Positions 8,348-17,830 of a DNA stretch of 59,837 bases are shown here, in pieces; the first letter of the stretch is position 1; the number at the start of each line of letters is the position of its first letter. The stretch is from IMG/VR virus record IMGVR_UViG_3300035071_000150, positions 1-59,837 of that record; one strand, 5' to 3'. Position numbers and translations under genes: made by a program. Under the pieces are notes generated by a model. It was not told where the DNA came from, searched no databases, and saw only the letters and a list, made by a program, of their open reading frames with translations. Source of the stretch: a virus (lineage: Duplodnaviria; Caudoviricetes).

Positions 8348-8771
8348 CGTATTTCTCCAATCCACTTTTTCTCATGGACGCGACGAGCTTGTCGCCGTAA
8401 TGAGGATCTGTCGCGTAGACGCCGTTAAGCCGCTCCGCGAAGACCTCTGAATTACCGGCTTGCATGGCGAAGTGGTAAGCTGGGTGCGTGGCGAGCAGTT
8501 TCGCGTGCGCGTCGAATGCATCTGCCATGCTGGCGAACTTCGCGAAGTGAGCCGTGATCGCCACGTATCTGCCGTGGGTGAATTCGTGAGTGAGCGCATC
8601 GACGTGGGGCTGACCGGGAACCGCCTTGATTCCGAATGGATTGTTTGACCCCGCCGGCTCGTGCGCGCCCCAGCCGCTTTCCACGATCCATTGCGCGAGG
8701 CTGACCGACGCCGGAACCTTCCATTTATGCCAAGCGGCCTGAGCGGCGGCGATTGCTTCGTTCGGGATCAT
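8340..8771 (-). CDS. Endolysin, GH73/FlgJ-type glucosaminidase
   Basis: SLAQWIVESGWG...NNPFGIKA...T.E....F.KF.S...YATDPHY..KL; start MIPNE at 8771. Confidence 0.9.
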   Translation of the reverse strand: MIPNEAIAAAQAAWHKWKVPASVSLAQWIVESGWGAHEPAGSNNPFGIKAVPGQPHVDALTHEFTHGRYVAITAHFAKFASMADAFDAHAKLLATHPAYHFAMQAGNSEVFAERLNGVYATDPHYGDKLVASMRKSGLEKYDA

Positions 8772-9008
8772 CTTCCCATCCTTTCGGTTGTTCTGATTTT
8801 TCCGCAAATGCTCGTTTTTGTTGTAAAACGCATTTTCTGTTGGTTTTGCGGGCGTTTCGGTTGAATTTATCGGGGAGCGTGGTAGGGTGATTGGGAGAGC
8901 GGCGGCGATGTGCTGGCAATGTCGTTTCGCGAGCGATATTGGGCGCGCCAATTTAGTTTGGAGTTGTCGGGCTGTTGTGGGCTGTGCTGCCGACCCGCCC
9001 GCTCTCAA

Positions 9009-9251
9009 TCACCGCATCCACTCCCGAAGATCGAAGTCAGACGATGCCGGCTCATTCCGATCTCGCTTGTCCGCATACGCTTTGATGATTTTGAGGTAGT
9101 CGCTCTTCGCGAGACGAATCCCGAGGAAAAGCCCCTGCATCTGGATTTGTTCGAAGTGGTGGTCCAGCAACCAACGCGACACGACGAACTCAACCACCCT
9201 TTTCAGTTCGGGTTCGTCCATCGGCAGGGTCATGCGCGCGTCAGCGACCAA
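9009..9251 (-). CDS. Hypothetical protein
   Basis: 80-aa ORF in operon orientation. Confidence 0.5.
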   Translation of the reverse strand: MVADARMTLPMDEPELKRVVEFVVSRWLLDHHFEQIQMQGLFLGIRLAKSDYLKIIKAYADKRDRNEPASSDFDLREWMR

Positions 9252-9654
9252 GCATTTCCGAGAGCACAGGCCATAGATCGCGGGCGAGATTCGAGACGAA
9301 GATCGCCGCCACCAGACACCCGCCGGCGTTGATGATGAGCGCGAGCACGCGCCATTGATCGGGATTGATCACCACATCGCCTCCAGATCGCGCATGAACC
9401 GTTCGCGCAGGAGAAGCGCCGCGAGAACCGCATAGCAATAGGCAAACGGGGCGTAGTCCACGAAGATCAAGTGCATGACAGTCTCCTTCGAGGTTTTGGC
9501 CGCGTTACCAGCCCATTGCGATGACGATAAGGGTGGCGGAAAGCCACAACACAGCGGCCAATTGCTCGAACTGCGTGTTGTCGTCTCTGTTTGGTTTTAG
9601 CTCAAAGAACCAAAGCCATGTCGCGCCGACTATGGCCATTGCGATGCCTCTCAT
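9241..9654 (-). CDS. Three tandem small membrane peptides (9241-9372, 9369-9476, 9505-9654)
   Basis: Each 35-49 aa with one or two hydrophobic helices; the first two overlap by 4 nt. Confidence 0.45.
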
Positions 9655-9908
9655 TGCTTTTCTCCGCTTTGCGGCATTTTCGGCGGATCGTAATCGACCA
9701 GAACGCAGCGATAGCCGTATTTGTTGTGGGTCGTAACGAACATTGACTGCGCGACAAGGCGCGCATCGTGTTCGCACGTCGAAAGACTGAATTGCGCCCC
9801 ATCATTAAACTTGCTTGCGGGCAAATCTTCGCCCGGCTTGCATGTCGGGCCGCTGATGCACGTCAGAATGTAGAAATAGACAGCGAGTTCCCCCATCATC
9901 CCCTCCAT
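9651..9908 (-). CDS. Small Cys-containing, possibly exported protein
   Basis: Hydrophobic N-terminus followed by C..C...C...C. Confidence 0.55.
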   Translation of the reverse strand: MEGMMGELAVYFYILTCISGPTCKPGEDLPASKFNDGAQFSLSTCEHDARLVAQSMFVTTHNKYGYRCVLVDYDPPKMPQSGEKQ

Positions 9909-10008
9909 GCTCGCGCCGATTGGCGGCTTGCGTTAACCCGATATTGACAGTTATGATTTACCATCAAGCGGGTTGAAACGCAACGCGAGATGTGAGAAAA
10001 TACCAGTC

Positions 10009-10251
10009 ATGATAACGTGCGGGGCGCAAATCACAGCGGCGCGAGGGCTTATCGGGATGTCGCGCGCCGAGCTTTCCGAGGCTTGCGGCGTCCACATGAA
10101 CACCTTGACGACGATGGAAGGCAAAGGGCTAAACCAACTCGACAGCCTCGCGAAGACCGTCGCGAAGGTGCAACAGGCATTAGAGAAGCGCGGCGTTGAA
10201 TTTCTCAACCACGGGCAACCGGGTGTTAGAATAAGGGGAAAGAACGGATGA
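10009..10251 (+). CDS. XRE-family HTH regulator
   Basis: AQITAARGLIGMSRAELSEACGV...E...ALEKRGVEF...PGVR, a typical alphaproteobacterial XRE. Confidence 0.88.
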   Translation: MITCGAQITAARGLIGMSRAELSEACGVHMNTLTTMEGKGLNQLDSLAKTVAKVQQALEKRGVEFLNHGQPGVRIRGKNG

Positions 10252-10556
10252 GCGAGAAAATCTATCTAACGTTCCCATTCGGAGACAGTATTGAATCTGT
10301 CGTCCCGTTGGAAGACCCGAGCGAGCGGGGATGTGTCGTTTACCGGACCCCGGGGGCCATTTGCACGGCGACAGGCCAAGAAGAGGGTATCGATTGGCAT
10401 CGGACAATCGAACTTGCACGCGAGAGACATCTATACAATATCCAACGGCGCATAGACTCGTGTTTGAAAGACCTTGGGAACTTAACACGCATTCTTACTG
10501 AGGCATCCGCGCCTAACCCCGCCACCGCTGCCAAGCGAACCGAAGGAAAGGAATAG
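10248..10556 (+). CDS. Hypothetical protein
   Basis: ATGA-coupled to the XRE gene. Confidence 0.6.
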   Translation: MSEKIYLTFPFGDSIESVVPLEDPSERGCVVYRTPGAICTATGQEEGIDWHRTIELARERHLYNIQRRIDSCLKDLGNLTRILTEASAPNPATAAKRTEGKE

Positions 10557-10559
10557 GCG

Positions 10560-10799
10560 ATGAGCGAATGGCAATTAATCGAGACCGCTCTACGCGATAG
10601 GCCGATCATCTTGGTTAGGATGGGACCAGATGGCGAGATCGGGTTTGGACAATCTGGCCCTCACGTCATGGCCTACAATTGGCAAGCTGACATGTGGGAA
10701 GCCCCAGACGGGTCGGCGCATTGGGTGAAGGACGGCCCTACGCATTGGAAACCCTTCACAGCCTCCGCGCCTTCTTCCCGAACACCATCCGAGCCATGA
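10560..10799 (+). CDS. DUF551-like phage protein
   Basis: MSEWQLIETA...PTHWKP. Confidence 0.72.
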   Translation: MSEWQLIETALRDRPIILVRMGPDGEIGFGQSGPHVMAYNWQADMWEAPDGSAHWVKDGPTHWKPFTASAPSSRTPSEP

Positions 10800-10915
10800 C
10801 GATGGCGACCGAGAGAACGAACGTCACACGAAATAGCATCGGCGCCCGCTCCATTGGTCGTGAACGGCGCGAGCGGACACGCGCCGGGATTGTTGGTCTG
10901 GCCACTGAGTACTCG

Positions 10916-13900
10916 TCAGTGATATACCTTGACCTCATACGTTCGGTCATTACTAAGAATCAAACTATAGTTCTGCACGAAGATTGAATCCGCAATACCT
11001 GCAATTTGTGGAATTATATCCGCGCAGGCAATCGCGGCGAGGGTTCCATTCCATAGAAAATAGATGAACTTCCCTCGCACCTTAGCCACTGCTACGTTTG
11101 TCTGGCCTATGGGCGTCGTATAGGTGCCCCCATAGGAGTATTTTGGATAGGGCAGCGAGCCGCCAGCGACGCCATTACCCCAATAGATCGGTGTGGCCGA
11201 TGTCGCCGTGAAATCGGTGTGAATCATCTGGCTAAATATGCTTGTAGGCGAATGACCGCCAATAGCGATGGTGATTAGGTCCCCGCCCGTCACCGAGTTT
11301 CGCGCGTAAACATCGGCCGGGGTAGGTAGCCCCGGCATGACGAAATACGAGTTCCCCGCCGATGTTGCGTAGTTTGGCGTGTCGGCGATCACGACTTCGT
11401 TCGCCGCACCGACGCCTGATGATGTCCACGTATAGCCATTGATGGTGCGGCCCGCGAATCCGCCGACTTGCGTGGACATATCGTCGTCGAAAACCAACGT
11501 TGGTGTCAGCGTCGGAAGGACTTGCCAATGCAGCGTATCAACGTCTGGGGTGCTTGCATTGGACGCAGTGAGGATGCGATTGATATTGAAATAATATGCA
11601 CCGTTGTAAGTAACAATATCACGTTGCGTGTAGAATTCAAATTCGCTAGGACTCCACGCGGACAGAGACCTTCCAATGTCCTGAACTTCCTGTGGACCGC
11701 CAGCAGTCGATCCAGTTGCGGTTCCAAGAAGCGCTGAGTTGGAAAGCGTATTAGAGAAGATGGATATGTTGACGATGTTGCCATCCATCGGTTCATCGAC
11801 GCCGCCGCGAGATCCGACCCAAATGGACGGAACGCTATCGGGGATGAATACATTACCATCCGATGTAGCAGCCTGATAGCCATAAGCTAACGCTCGGCCA
11901 CCGGACGACCATGCAATAGCGGCGGTGACAAAGTTGGGCGTAAAGGTAGCCCCAGATTGCGATAGTTCAACGGAGCCGTCATAGGTGGCTAAGGTATTGC
12001 CGTTTTTGGCATACATAATCTGCTTGGTGTTGTCGCTGCTCGCGGATAGAATGGTCCCGGCGATACCCCCTGCGCCTATGGTTTGGATTTGATAGGCATC
12101 AACAGAAACAGTGCCATCGCCATCCGCGAACAAAGCCAGCGGCGTCCCGGTCAACGTCACAACTTCCGAAGGGCGGGTGACGCTGGCGGATGTCGTGGTG
12201 ATCGCGCTGGTGCCGTGGGTTCCATTTTCCAGGTCAACTTCATCGACCGCTATTTTGTCGCCAGACGTGGCGAATTTAAAGCAGACAATAGGATTTGCGA
12301 GTGTTTGCGATGGTATGGCGACGCGGGATTCCGACAACATCGTCCCTGGACTGACCGCGGTATAGGTCGCGCCATTGTCCATGGACATGCTCACCGCGCC
12401 AGTCCCGGTGACGCGCATCACGTAGGCGGTAAGCCATCGTGCCGTGCTAGCGTTGGTGATGGTCTGGCAGGCGGTTCCGCCATTAGCGGTAGCGGTCAAG
12501 GATGAAGCGGAATTGGCAACACCATCGATCCCCGTTTGATCCTTCGCCGCCGTGACATTGCTCATCGTCCAGGCGGCGTTCGTGAGATCGCGATTCCACA
12601 AGACAATGTTGGTCCGAGCAGAGAACTCATCGACCATTCCGTAGGATACAAGGCTGGCCGGATCGGCGGCGAAGCGCGCGCCGTGGAATTGAGAACCCGC
12701 CGTGGCATTGTAGACGCTTGGCGTGGTCTGATAGGTGACGACCTCTAATTGAGCCTTGGTCACGCTCCCCGATACGGTGAGCGTCAAACTCGCCGCCGTT
12801 GGTGTGAATGCAAGGTAAACCCTATTGTTCGCTCCCGTTCCGACCAAAGGCCCAGCGGTTGACGCCCCGGATAGAGTGACGGTCCCGGTTCCTTGGAAAC
12901 TTAGGATATGATTGCGGTCGAGAACGGTAACGCTTTGCGTGGATAGCGTCGCGGAGTTGAGAAGAAGGTTGTTCGGGGAATAGGTCCATTTTCCCGTGCG
13001 ATCGAAATATTCTCGCAGCCCCGTGGTCGAGAAATTAACGCTAGGGTCTAGCGTTTGCGCTGTCATCGCATTGAAATCGAGACCATAACTAGAATTGACG
13101 AACGGTGGCGTTGAACCATAGACGACGAGATTTCTAATCCAAACATTTGTTGGCCACGAGAATGTTCCTTTTGAGTATGTCGTGGTCGTGGTCACGCCAG
13201 TGGCGAGACTCGTGTAGGTCAGGACGGTCGTATTGTTTGCCGATCCACTTGGGCCAGTAGGCACATCGGCGGATCGCGTGGCTGTTCCGCCGCCCGTGGC
13301 GACATAGGAAGATGCATACGTGCCGGTTTTGATGTCAATTCCAAATAAGAACATGCTTTGGCCGGACCCGACATAGGTCGTGTTGCTACCCGATCTTCCG
13401 GTGTCATTGCCCTTGGCGGTGAAGAAATTTAGCGCGGTTACGCTGGTGATCGCGGTATATGTTACCGAACATCGGAATGCTGAATTTTGAAGCACCTGAC
13501 AGTTGTTCGCAGATACTCCGCCGATGGTATTTCCAACAGCGCCAGTTGCCAAATTGAAATACGCGCCGCGATCCGCCGAGTCCGCGCTGATTACGGCATA
13601 GACCCAGCCTAATGTATTGGCTTTGGCATAGAACGAAAACGTATAGGTTCCCGGACCGCCTGATATGCTGCGATAGGAGATATGAATGGAATTTGAAGAA
13701 TTGTCGGCAAGGCTCTGCCCGTCGTTGGTTCCGTCTGGCGATGTCCATGCGTTTGCGGCAGTCATCGCGTTGGATTTTGTCCATTGCGTAAAATCATTTG
13801 AATATGTGATTAGATTTGTTCCAGCAGACTCAAGCAGCAAACCATTCGACATCAACGTCGAAGGGTTATAGTCAAACCTTGGAACGTTAATGCCCGCGCT

Positions 13901-14107
13901 CGTTAAAATACCCGTTGAATTGTAATAGTTCGCGGCTGAACCGCGCGATACACCGACGCCAACTGGAAGAGTTGGATTTAATGTAGCGTTCCAATTGATG
14001 CTAGTAGATGGAGTGGAAAGAAGCAGGTTCTCTTGCGCAGGCGTCATCGCAAACGTAGAAGCGGTGATAAATAAAAACACGGCCGATAAGATGAGGGACA
14101 GTTTCAT
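10916..14107 (-). CDS. Large fibre/spike-like beta-rich protein with duplicated module and N-terminal signal-like peptide
   Basis: 1063 aa, Thr/Ser/Gly-rich; two copies of a phage fibre module (GLLLESAGTNLI...SSYVAT..TATRSAD and ARTNIVLW...TSAITT..SVTRPSE). Confidence 0.75.
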   Translation of the reverse strand: MKLSLILSAVFLFITASTFAMTPAQENLLLSTPSTSINWNATLNPTLPVGVGVSRGSAANYYNSTGILTSAGINVPRFDYNPSTLMSNGLLLESAGTNLITYSNDFTQWTKSNAMTAANAWTSPDGTNDGQSLADNSSNSIHISYRSISGGPGTYTFSFYAKANTLGWVYAVISADSADRGAYFNLATGAVGNTIGGVSANNCQVLQNSAFRCSVTYTAITSVTALNFFTAKGNDTGRSGSNTTYVGSGQSMFLFGIDIKTGTYASSYVATGGGTATRSADVPTGPSGSANNTTVLTYTSLATGVTTTTTYSKGTFSWPTNVWIRNLVVYGSTPPFVNSSYGLDFNAMTAQTLDPSVNFSTTGLREYFDRTGKWTYSPNNLLLNSATLSTQSVTVLDRNHILSFQGTGTVTLSGASTAGPLVGTGANNRVYLAFTPTAASLTLTVSGSVTKAQLEVVTYQTTPSVYNATAGSQFHGARFAADPASLVSYGMVDEFSARTNIVLWNRDLTNAAWTMSNVTAAKDQTGIDGVANSASSLTATANGGTACQTITNASTARWLTAYVMRVTGTGAVSMSMDNGATYTAVSPGTMLSESRVAIPSQTLANPIVCFKFATSGDKIAVDEVDLENGTHGTSAITTTSASVTRPSEVVTLTGTPLALFADGDGTVSVDAYQIQTIGAGGIAGTILSASSDNTKQIMYAKNGNTLATYDGSVELSQSGATFTPNFVTAAIAWSSGGRALAYGYQAATSDGNVFIPDSVPSIWVGSRGGVDEPMDGNIVNISIFSNTLSNSALLGTATGSTAGGPQEVQDIGRSLSAWSPSEFEFYTQRDIVTYNGAYYFNINRILTASNASTPDVDTLHWQVLPTLTPTLVFDDDMSTQVGGFAGRTINGYTWTSSGVGAANEVVIADTPNYATSAGNSYFVMPGLPTPADVYARNSVTGGDLITIAIGGHSPTSIFSQMIHTDFTATSATPIYWGNGVAGGSLPYPKYSYGGTYTTPIGQTNVAVAKVRGKFIYFLWNGTLAAIACADIIPQIAGIADSIFVQNYSLILSNDRTYEVKVYH

Positions 14108-14114
14108 ATCAGCC

Positions 14115-14852
14115 TCAGTTCCAGATTTCAGGGGTCAACGTGAAAGTCTGGCCACTAATTGGCGTTGGCGTTCCGCTTACCACTTGCATATCCCAATATA
14201 TCGCGGCGGCGGACGGATTAACGACGGGAGATGATCCGGTGATATTAATGGCGTCGCCCCACGCGCTGTCGCCAAACTGCGACAGCGCGACTTGATAACG
14301 AGCGATGATGTTGGCCGATCCCGTGGCGATGGCGTAGGCTCCCCCATCGCCATTGGCGTAGGTCGGAGCTGTGGTGAACAGCGTGACTTGGAGAGTGATC
14401 GAGCTCCAGCCTGTGGTCGCGTTCGTTGCCAGCCTGAGACGAGGGATGACCGCGTGACCGCCGGAGGTGGCAATATTGAACGACGGGACGACAACGGAGC
14501 CCGCCGTCACATTGCTCGCGATTAGGTTCCCGACCGCATAAGCTGTTGTATTAGCGGGGCGTGTCAGAACAGATGATGGCGTTGTTAGTGACGCCGAGGA
14601 CAAGGGGGCCACTGACAGCGGAGCAGCGGCCGAGCCGAGGCCGCCCGTTCCGATGTTGGCGGTTATCGCACCTCCAGATGCGGTCCCAACAATGCGCAGA
14701 TTGCCATTGGTGTCGCATTGAAGGATGATAAATTGCTGGTTCGGGATCGTTGGCTGCGTCGCGTTATATTGACAATCAACCGCCCAAGCCGTCGAGCCAG
14801 ATGCCGCCAAGGCGACTAGCGCGAAGACGACAAACCTTATGATGCGTTTCAT
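14115..14852 (-). CDS. Virion-associated beta-rich protein with signal peptide
   Basis: MKRIIRFVVFALVALAASGSTAWA; TRPANTTAYA.G motif seen in phage fibre/decoration proteins. Confidence 0.7.
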   Translation of the reverse strand: MKRIIRFVVFALVALAASGSTAWAVDCQYNATQPTIPNQQFIILQCDTNGNLRIVGTASGGAITANIGTGGLGSAAAPLSVAPLSSASLTTPSSVLTRPANTTAYAVGNLIASNVTAGSVVVPSFNIATSGGHAVIPRLRLATNATTGWSSITLQVTLFTTAPTYANGDGGAYAIATGSANIIARYQVALSQFGDSAWGDAINITGSSPVVNPSAAAIYWDMQVVSGTPTPISGQTFTLTPEIWN

Positions 14853-14878
14853 TTCGTGACCTCTATTTCGCGTATCCA

Positions 14879-16003
14879 TCAGTTCCACGCCTCTATCTCG
14901 ATGTATCCGCTGGTGATGTTGCCGCTGGATGAGAGGACTTGAATCCCGGTGATCGCACCAGTGCCGCCGCTATACCAGCCGGTGCCAGTGACGTATTGAT
15001 AGGTTCCAGTAGACGCCGAGCCGCCAATGGCAAATATCACGTTCTTATACGTGCTTGTCTGCGATGGTGAATCTATCCAAACCTTCCCGCTGATTCCTTG
15101 GCCAGAATTAGACCAGTAACTAGTGTAAGTACATGGTATATATGTTGTAGGATTGAAAGCCGTGTTTGTGCTGTTCAGAAGATTTGCGGTGCCGAGATAA
15201 TTAGATGTTTGAAACGTCCCGCCGGTTTGCAATTGAATTTCGCAACTTGTGGCATTCGTCGCGGCCATTAGATTTACGAACGTTATTTGGTAGTGCGCGT
15301 AAGTCGAGGTCAACGAGGTCGTATCGGACAACGACGCCGAATTGCTCGCCGCGAGCGTGTTAAGCCAGCAATGCGTCCCCTTCGGCAGATCGGCGCAAAC
15401 TTGCGCTCTAAACGTCGGCGCGGCGGCGGAGCCGGAAGTCGGCCCCCAGAATCCATAGTTCGCGGTTTGCGTCGCGAGCGTTCCCGTGAGCGTCCCCGAG
15501 GTGGTCACGGGCGATCCTGAGACTGTGATAAATGAGGGAAGGGAAAGCGCGACACTTGAAACCGTGCCAGTCGGCGGAACGCCACCATCGACAATGCCAG
15601 ATGCACTCCAAGCGAGTAAGTGCGTATTCGTAGGAAGCGTGCCAATCAGCGGGAACCCATTCACCGTATTAGGCGCTATATTGAATGGCGCCCAAAGCGA
15701 CGAATTGACCGAAACCGCTATAGGATGCGCGGATGATCCGGTATTGTTCGCGACTATGGTGTTAGCGGCTTGCGGCGCCAACGCGGACAGCGGAAGACCC
15801 GAGATCGATGGGGTCCAAACATTTGTTCCAATATTCCACGTCCCCAATTGAGCGGCGCATGTCGATGTTGGGGACATGATGCAAACCGGCGAAGGCGTGG
15901 CGCCGGTATTCACTCCAAGCGGCAACTGCGTAAAGGTCTGGGCCTGCGCGGGAGGCGCGCAAAGGCACGCCAGCGCGAGTAGCGCTAGAGTAAGTCTTTT
16001 CAT
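14879..16003 (-). CDS. Tail fibre-like protein with signal peptide
   Basis: MKRLTLALLALACLCAPPAQA; GTVSSVAL...GSPVTTSGTL..AAPTFRA and C-terminal AITGIQ..SSGNITSG fibre motifs. Confidence 0.75.
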   Translation of the reverse strand: MKRLTLALLALACLCAPPAQAQTFTQLPLGVNTGATPSPVCIMSPTSTCAAQLGTWNIGTNVWTPSISGLPLSALAPQAANTIVANNTGSSAHPIAVSVNSSLWAPFNIAPNTVNGFPLIGTLPTNTHLLAWSASGIVDGGVPPTGTVSSVALSLPSFITVSGSPVTTSGTLTGTLATQTANYGFWGPTSGSAAAPTFRAQVCADLPKGTHCWLNTLAASNSASLSDTTSLTSTYAHYQITFVNLMAATNATSCEIQLQTGGTFQTSNYLGTANLLNSTNTAFNPTTYIPCTYTSYWSNSGQGISGKVWIDSPSQTSTYKNVIFAIGGSASTGTYQYVTGTGWYSGGTGAITGIQVLSSSGNITSGYIEIEAWN

Positions 16004-16031
16004 ATTGTGGGGGCCTTTATTCCGACCTGCG

Positions 16032-16382
16032 TTACGCAGGCAGCGTGGCAGCGAGGGCGAACAGCGCGGCCATGCTTGAAGCATTCAAAGAGAATGTCGT
16101 GGCGGTCAGCGTTGCAATCGCGTCATTAGGCGCGACGGTCGATCCCGCATACCACTGAATCCAAGCTGCCGAATTCGCATTCACCGCCACGGCGGCAAAC
16201 AGCGTGTTCATATTGTAGAGTTCAGCCACCGCCTCGAACCATTGCGCCTTCGTCACGGACCCCGCCGCGCCGGAACCAAGCGCGATCGTATAGGATAGAC
16301 CGTTCTTGGTGACGACAATTGGCGAAATGCCGATCAACTGCGCTGGAAGTTTCGGCGTTACGGCAAAAGTACTTCCTGACAT
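16032..16382 (-). CDS. Hypothetical tail-region protein
   Basis: 116 aa; C-terminal ALFALAATL resembles tail-fibre assembly proteins. Confidence 0.65.
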   Translation of the reverse strand: MSGSTFAVTPKLPAQLIGISPIVVTKNGLSYTIALGSGAAGSVTKAQWFEAVAELYNMNTLFAAVAVNANSAAWIQWYAGSTVAPNDAIATLTATTFSLNASSMAALFALAATLPA

Positions 16383-16507
16383 TATTTACAGTCCTTCTTC
16401 GCCGTGCCCTTTTTGGGCTTGGCGACGATGACAATGGCCATTCCCTTCTTGGGCATCCCCATCTTTTTGCCGTCATCTTTCATTTTGTCGTCGCGTATTT
16501 TAGCCAT
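16382..16507 (-). CDS. Tiny Lys-rich protein (41 aa)
   Basis: [22 protein letters not shown]...; TAATG-coupled on both sides. Confidence 0.55.
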   Translation of the reverse strand: MAKIRDDKMKDDGKKMGMPKKGMAIVIVAKPKKGTAKKDCK

Positions 16508-16659
16508 TAGCGTTTGCCTTTCTTGACCTTTTTCGGAAGTTTCCCGCCTTTATCAGTGGCGATGAATTCCTTGCCGACTTTCTTGGGGATACCGAGCGTC
16601 GAATGACCACTGGCGGCGGCCCCCATGGCCGCGCGCTGGGCTTGGCTGCGAGGAGGCAT
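16507..16659 (-). CDS. Small basic phage protein (50 aa)
   Basis: [31 protein letters not shown]; TAATG-coupled. Confidence 0.65.
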   Translation of the reverse strand: MPPRSQAQRAAMGAAASGHSTLGIPKKVGKEFIATDKGGKLPKKVKKGKR

Positions 16660-17138
16660 TATTGGGTTCCTTTATTGCTAAGATACGCAAATGCACGCTT
16701 CGCTATTTTTGGATCGTCACGTAATAATCCTATAGCTCTATTGCATTTACCACACAGCAATCCTCTAACGTGTCCGGCTATGTGGCAGTGGTCAACCTCT
16801 AGTAACTCATGTGCCTCTTCACATATTAAGCATCTGCCATTCTGCAATTCGAACATTGCCTCATATGTCTTATGAGATATTCCATAGTGTCTTATGAGTT
16901 GGTAATCTCGTCTTTCTAAAGGATCGCGGCTATTATACGAAATCCTTTTTCGCTCCTTGATATTGGATGAGTTGTTTTCCTGATACTGTTTTACACAGCG
17001 TAATATTTTTTCTCTGTGTTTCTCGTAATGTTTTCTTTTAACATCCTTATATTTCTCGGGATGAAGAGCGCGGTCCTTCCTCCGCCATTCGGCGCGATAT
17101 TTCCTGCGCTCTTCATCAGTCAACCTCTTATTTCCCAC
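16659..17138 (-). CDS. Endonuclease VII-like (His-Me) putative homing endonuclease
   Basis: YGI....Y..M...QNGRCLIC...[19 protein letters not shown]; visibly AT-rich; GTG start inferred. Confidence 0.85.
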   Translation of the reverse strand: MGNKRLTDEERRKYRAEWRRKDRALHPEKYKDVKRKHYEKHREKILRCVKQYQENNSSNIKERKRISYNSRDPLERRDYQLIRHYGISHKTYEAMFELQNGRCLICEEAHELLEVDHCHIAGHVRGLLCGKCNRAIGLLRDDPKIAKRAFAYLSNKGTQ

Positions 17139-17343
17139 GCTTAGAGCCTCGTATGACCCGGTTAGCCTTGGCGTCGATCTTTTCTTCCTCGGACTTGGAC
17201 ATGCGGCCAGAATTGACAGCCTGAGACGCGCGGCTTTTCGCGTTGGCCGCATGGGAGCGGTCATTTATTGGAAAACTCCGATCTGCCCCCGCGAATTTGC
17301 TCGCTGGTAGCGCCTTCCGCGCCTTGGTTGTCAGTTTCGCCAT
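17128..17343 (-). CDS. Small basic protein (DUF6582-like)
   Basis: MAKLTTKARKALPASKFAG..RSFPINDRSHAANA.SRA; strong RBS. Confidence 0.7.
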   Translation of the reverse strand: MAKLTTKARKALPASKFAGADRSFPINDRSHAANAKSRASQAVNSGRMSKSEEEKIDAKANRVIRGSKRGK

Positions 17344-17353
17344 TGATTTTCTC

Positions 17354-17806
17354 CTACGGGAAATGAAACGGCGGCGTGGCGCCCCAACCGGACCAGACTC
17401 CGCCGTTGACAATCGGAACGGTTCCGACGCACAACTGTTGCGTTACTTGAAGATCCGGCGTTAGGATGATCATGCCGATTTCGTAATATCCCGGCAGAAG
17501 CCGCTGCATGATCGACGCCGGAACATTCAGTTCGAGCGTCCCGTCGTATAGGGTTAGAACTCCACTGCCATCATTAGTGGCGGCAGAAAACGAAGGAACC
17601 GCGTTATACCCACCGCCATAGATGAACGGCCAGTTTCCGAAGAACTGCGATTGATCGCCAGCGCCCCGCGCCGATCTAGCCCACATCTGCATCATCACGA
17701 CGCATTGATCATTTTGGATTGGGCTGCCGTCGTCTTCCGCAACGAGGTTCCAGTCTTCGAGGAAGTTCGCGGTGTCTGATTGCTGCTCGAAGTTTGTTAT
17801 ATACAT
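17354..17806 (-). CDS. Tail-region beta-sandwich protein
   Basis: 150 aa; L.PG.Y.IG..I...QL..GTVPI..G pattern. Confidence 0.65.
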   Translation of the reverse strand: MYITNFEQQSDTANFLEDWNLVAEDDGSPIQNDQCVVMMQMWARSARGAGDQSQFFGNWPFIYGGGYNAVPSFSAATNDGSGVLTLYDGTLELNVPASIMQRLLPGYYEIGMIILTPDLQVTQQLCVGTVPIVNGGVWSGWGATPPFHFP

Positions 17807-17830
17807 CGCTTATCCTCGCGGAACCAATAA

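Noticed and set aside
8772-9008. 79-aa N-terminal extension of the endolysin
   Set aside because: Does not look protein-like; the GH73 domain and a plausible RBS point to a start at 8771.
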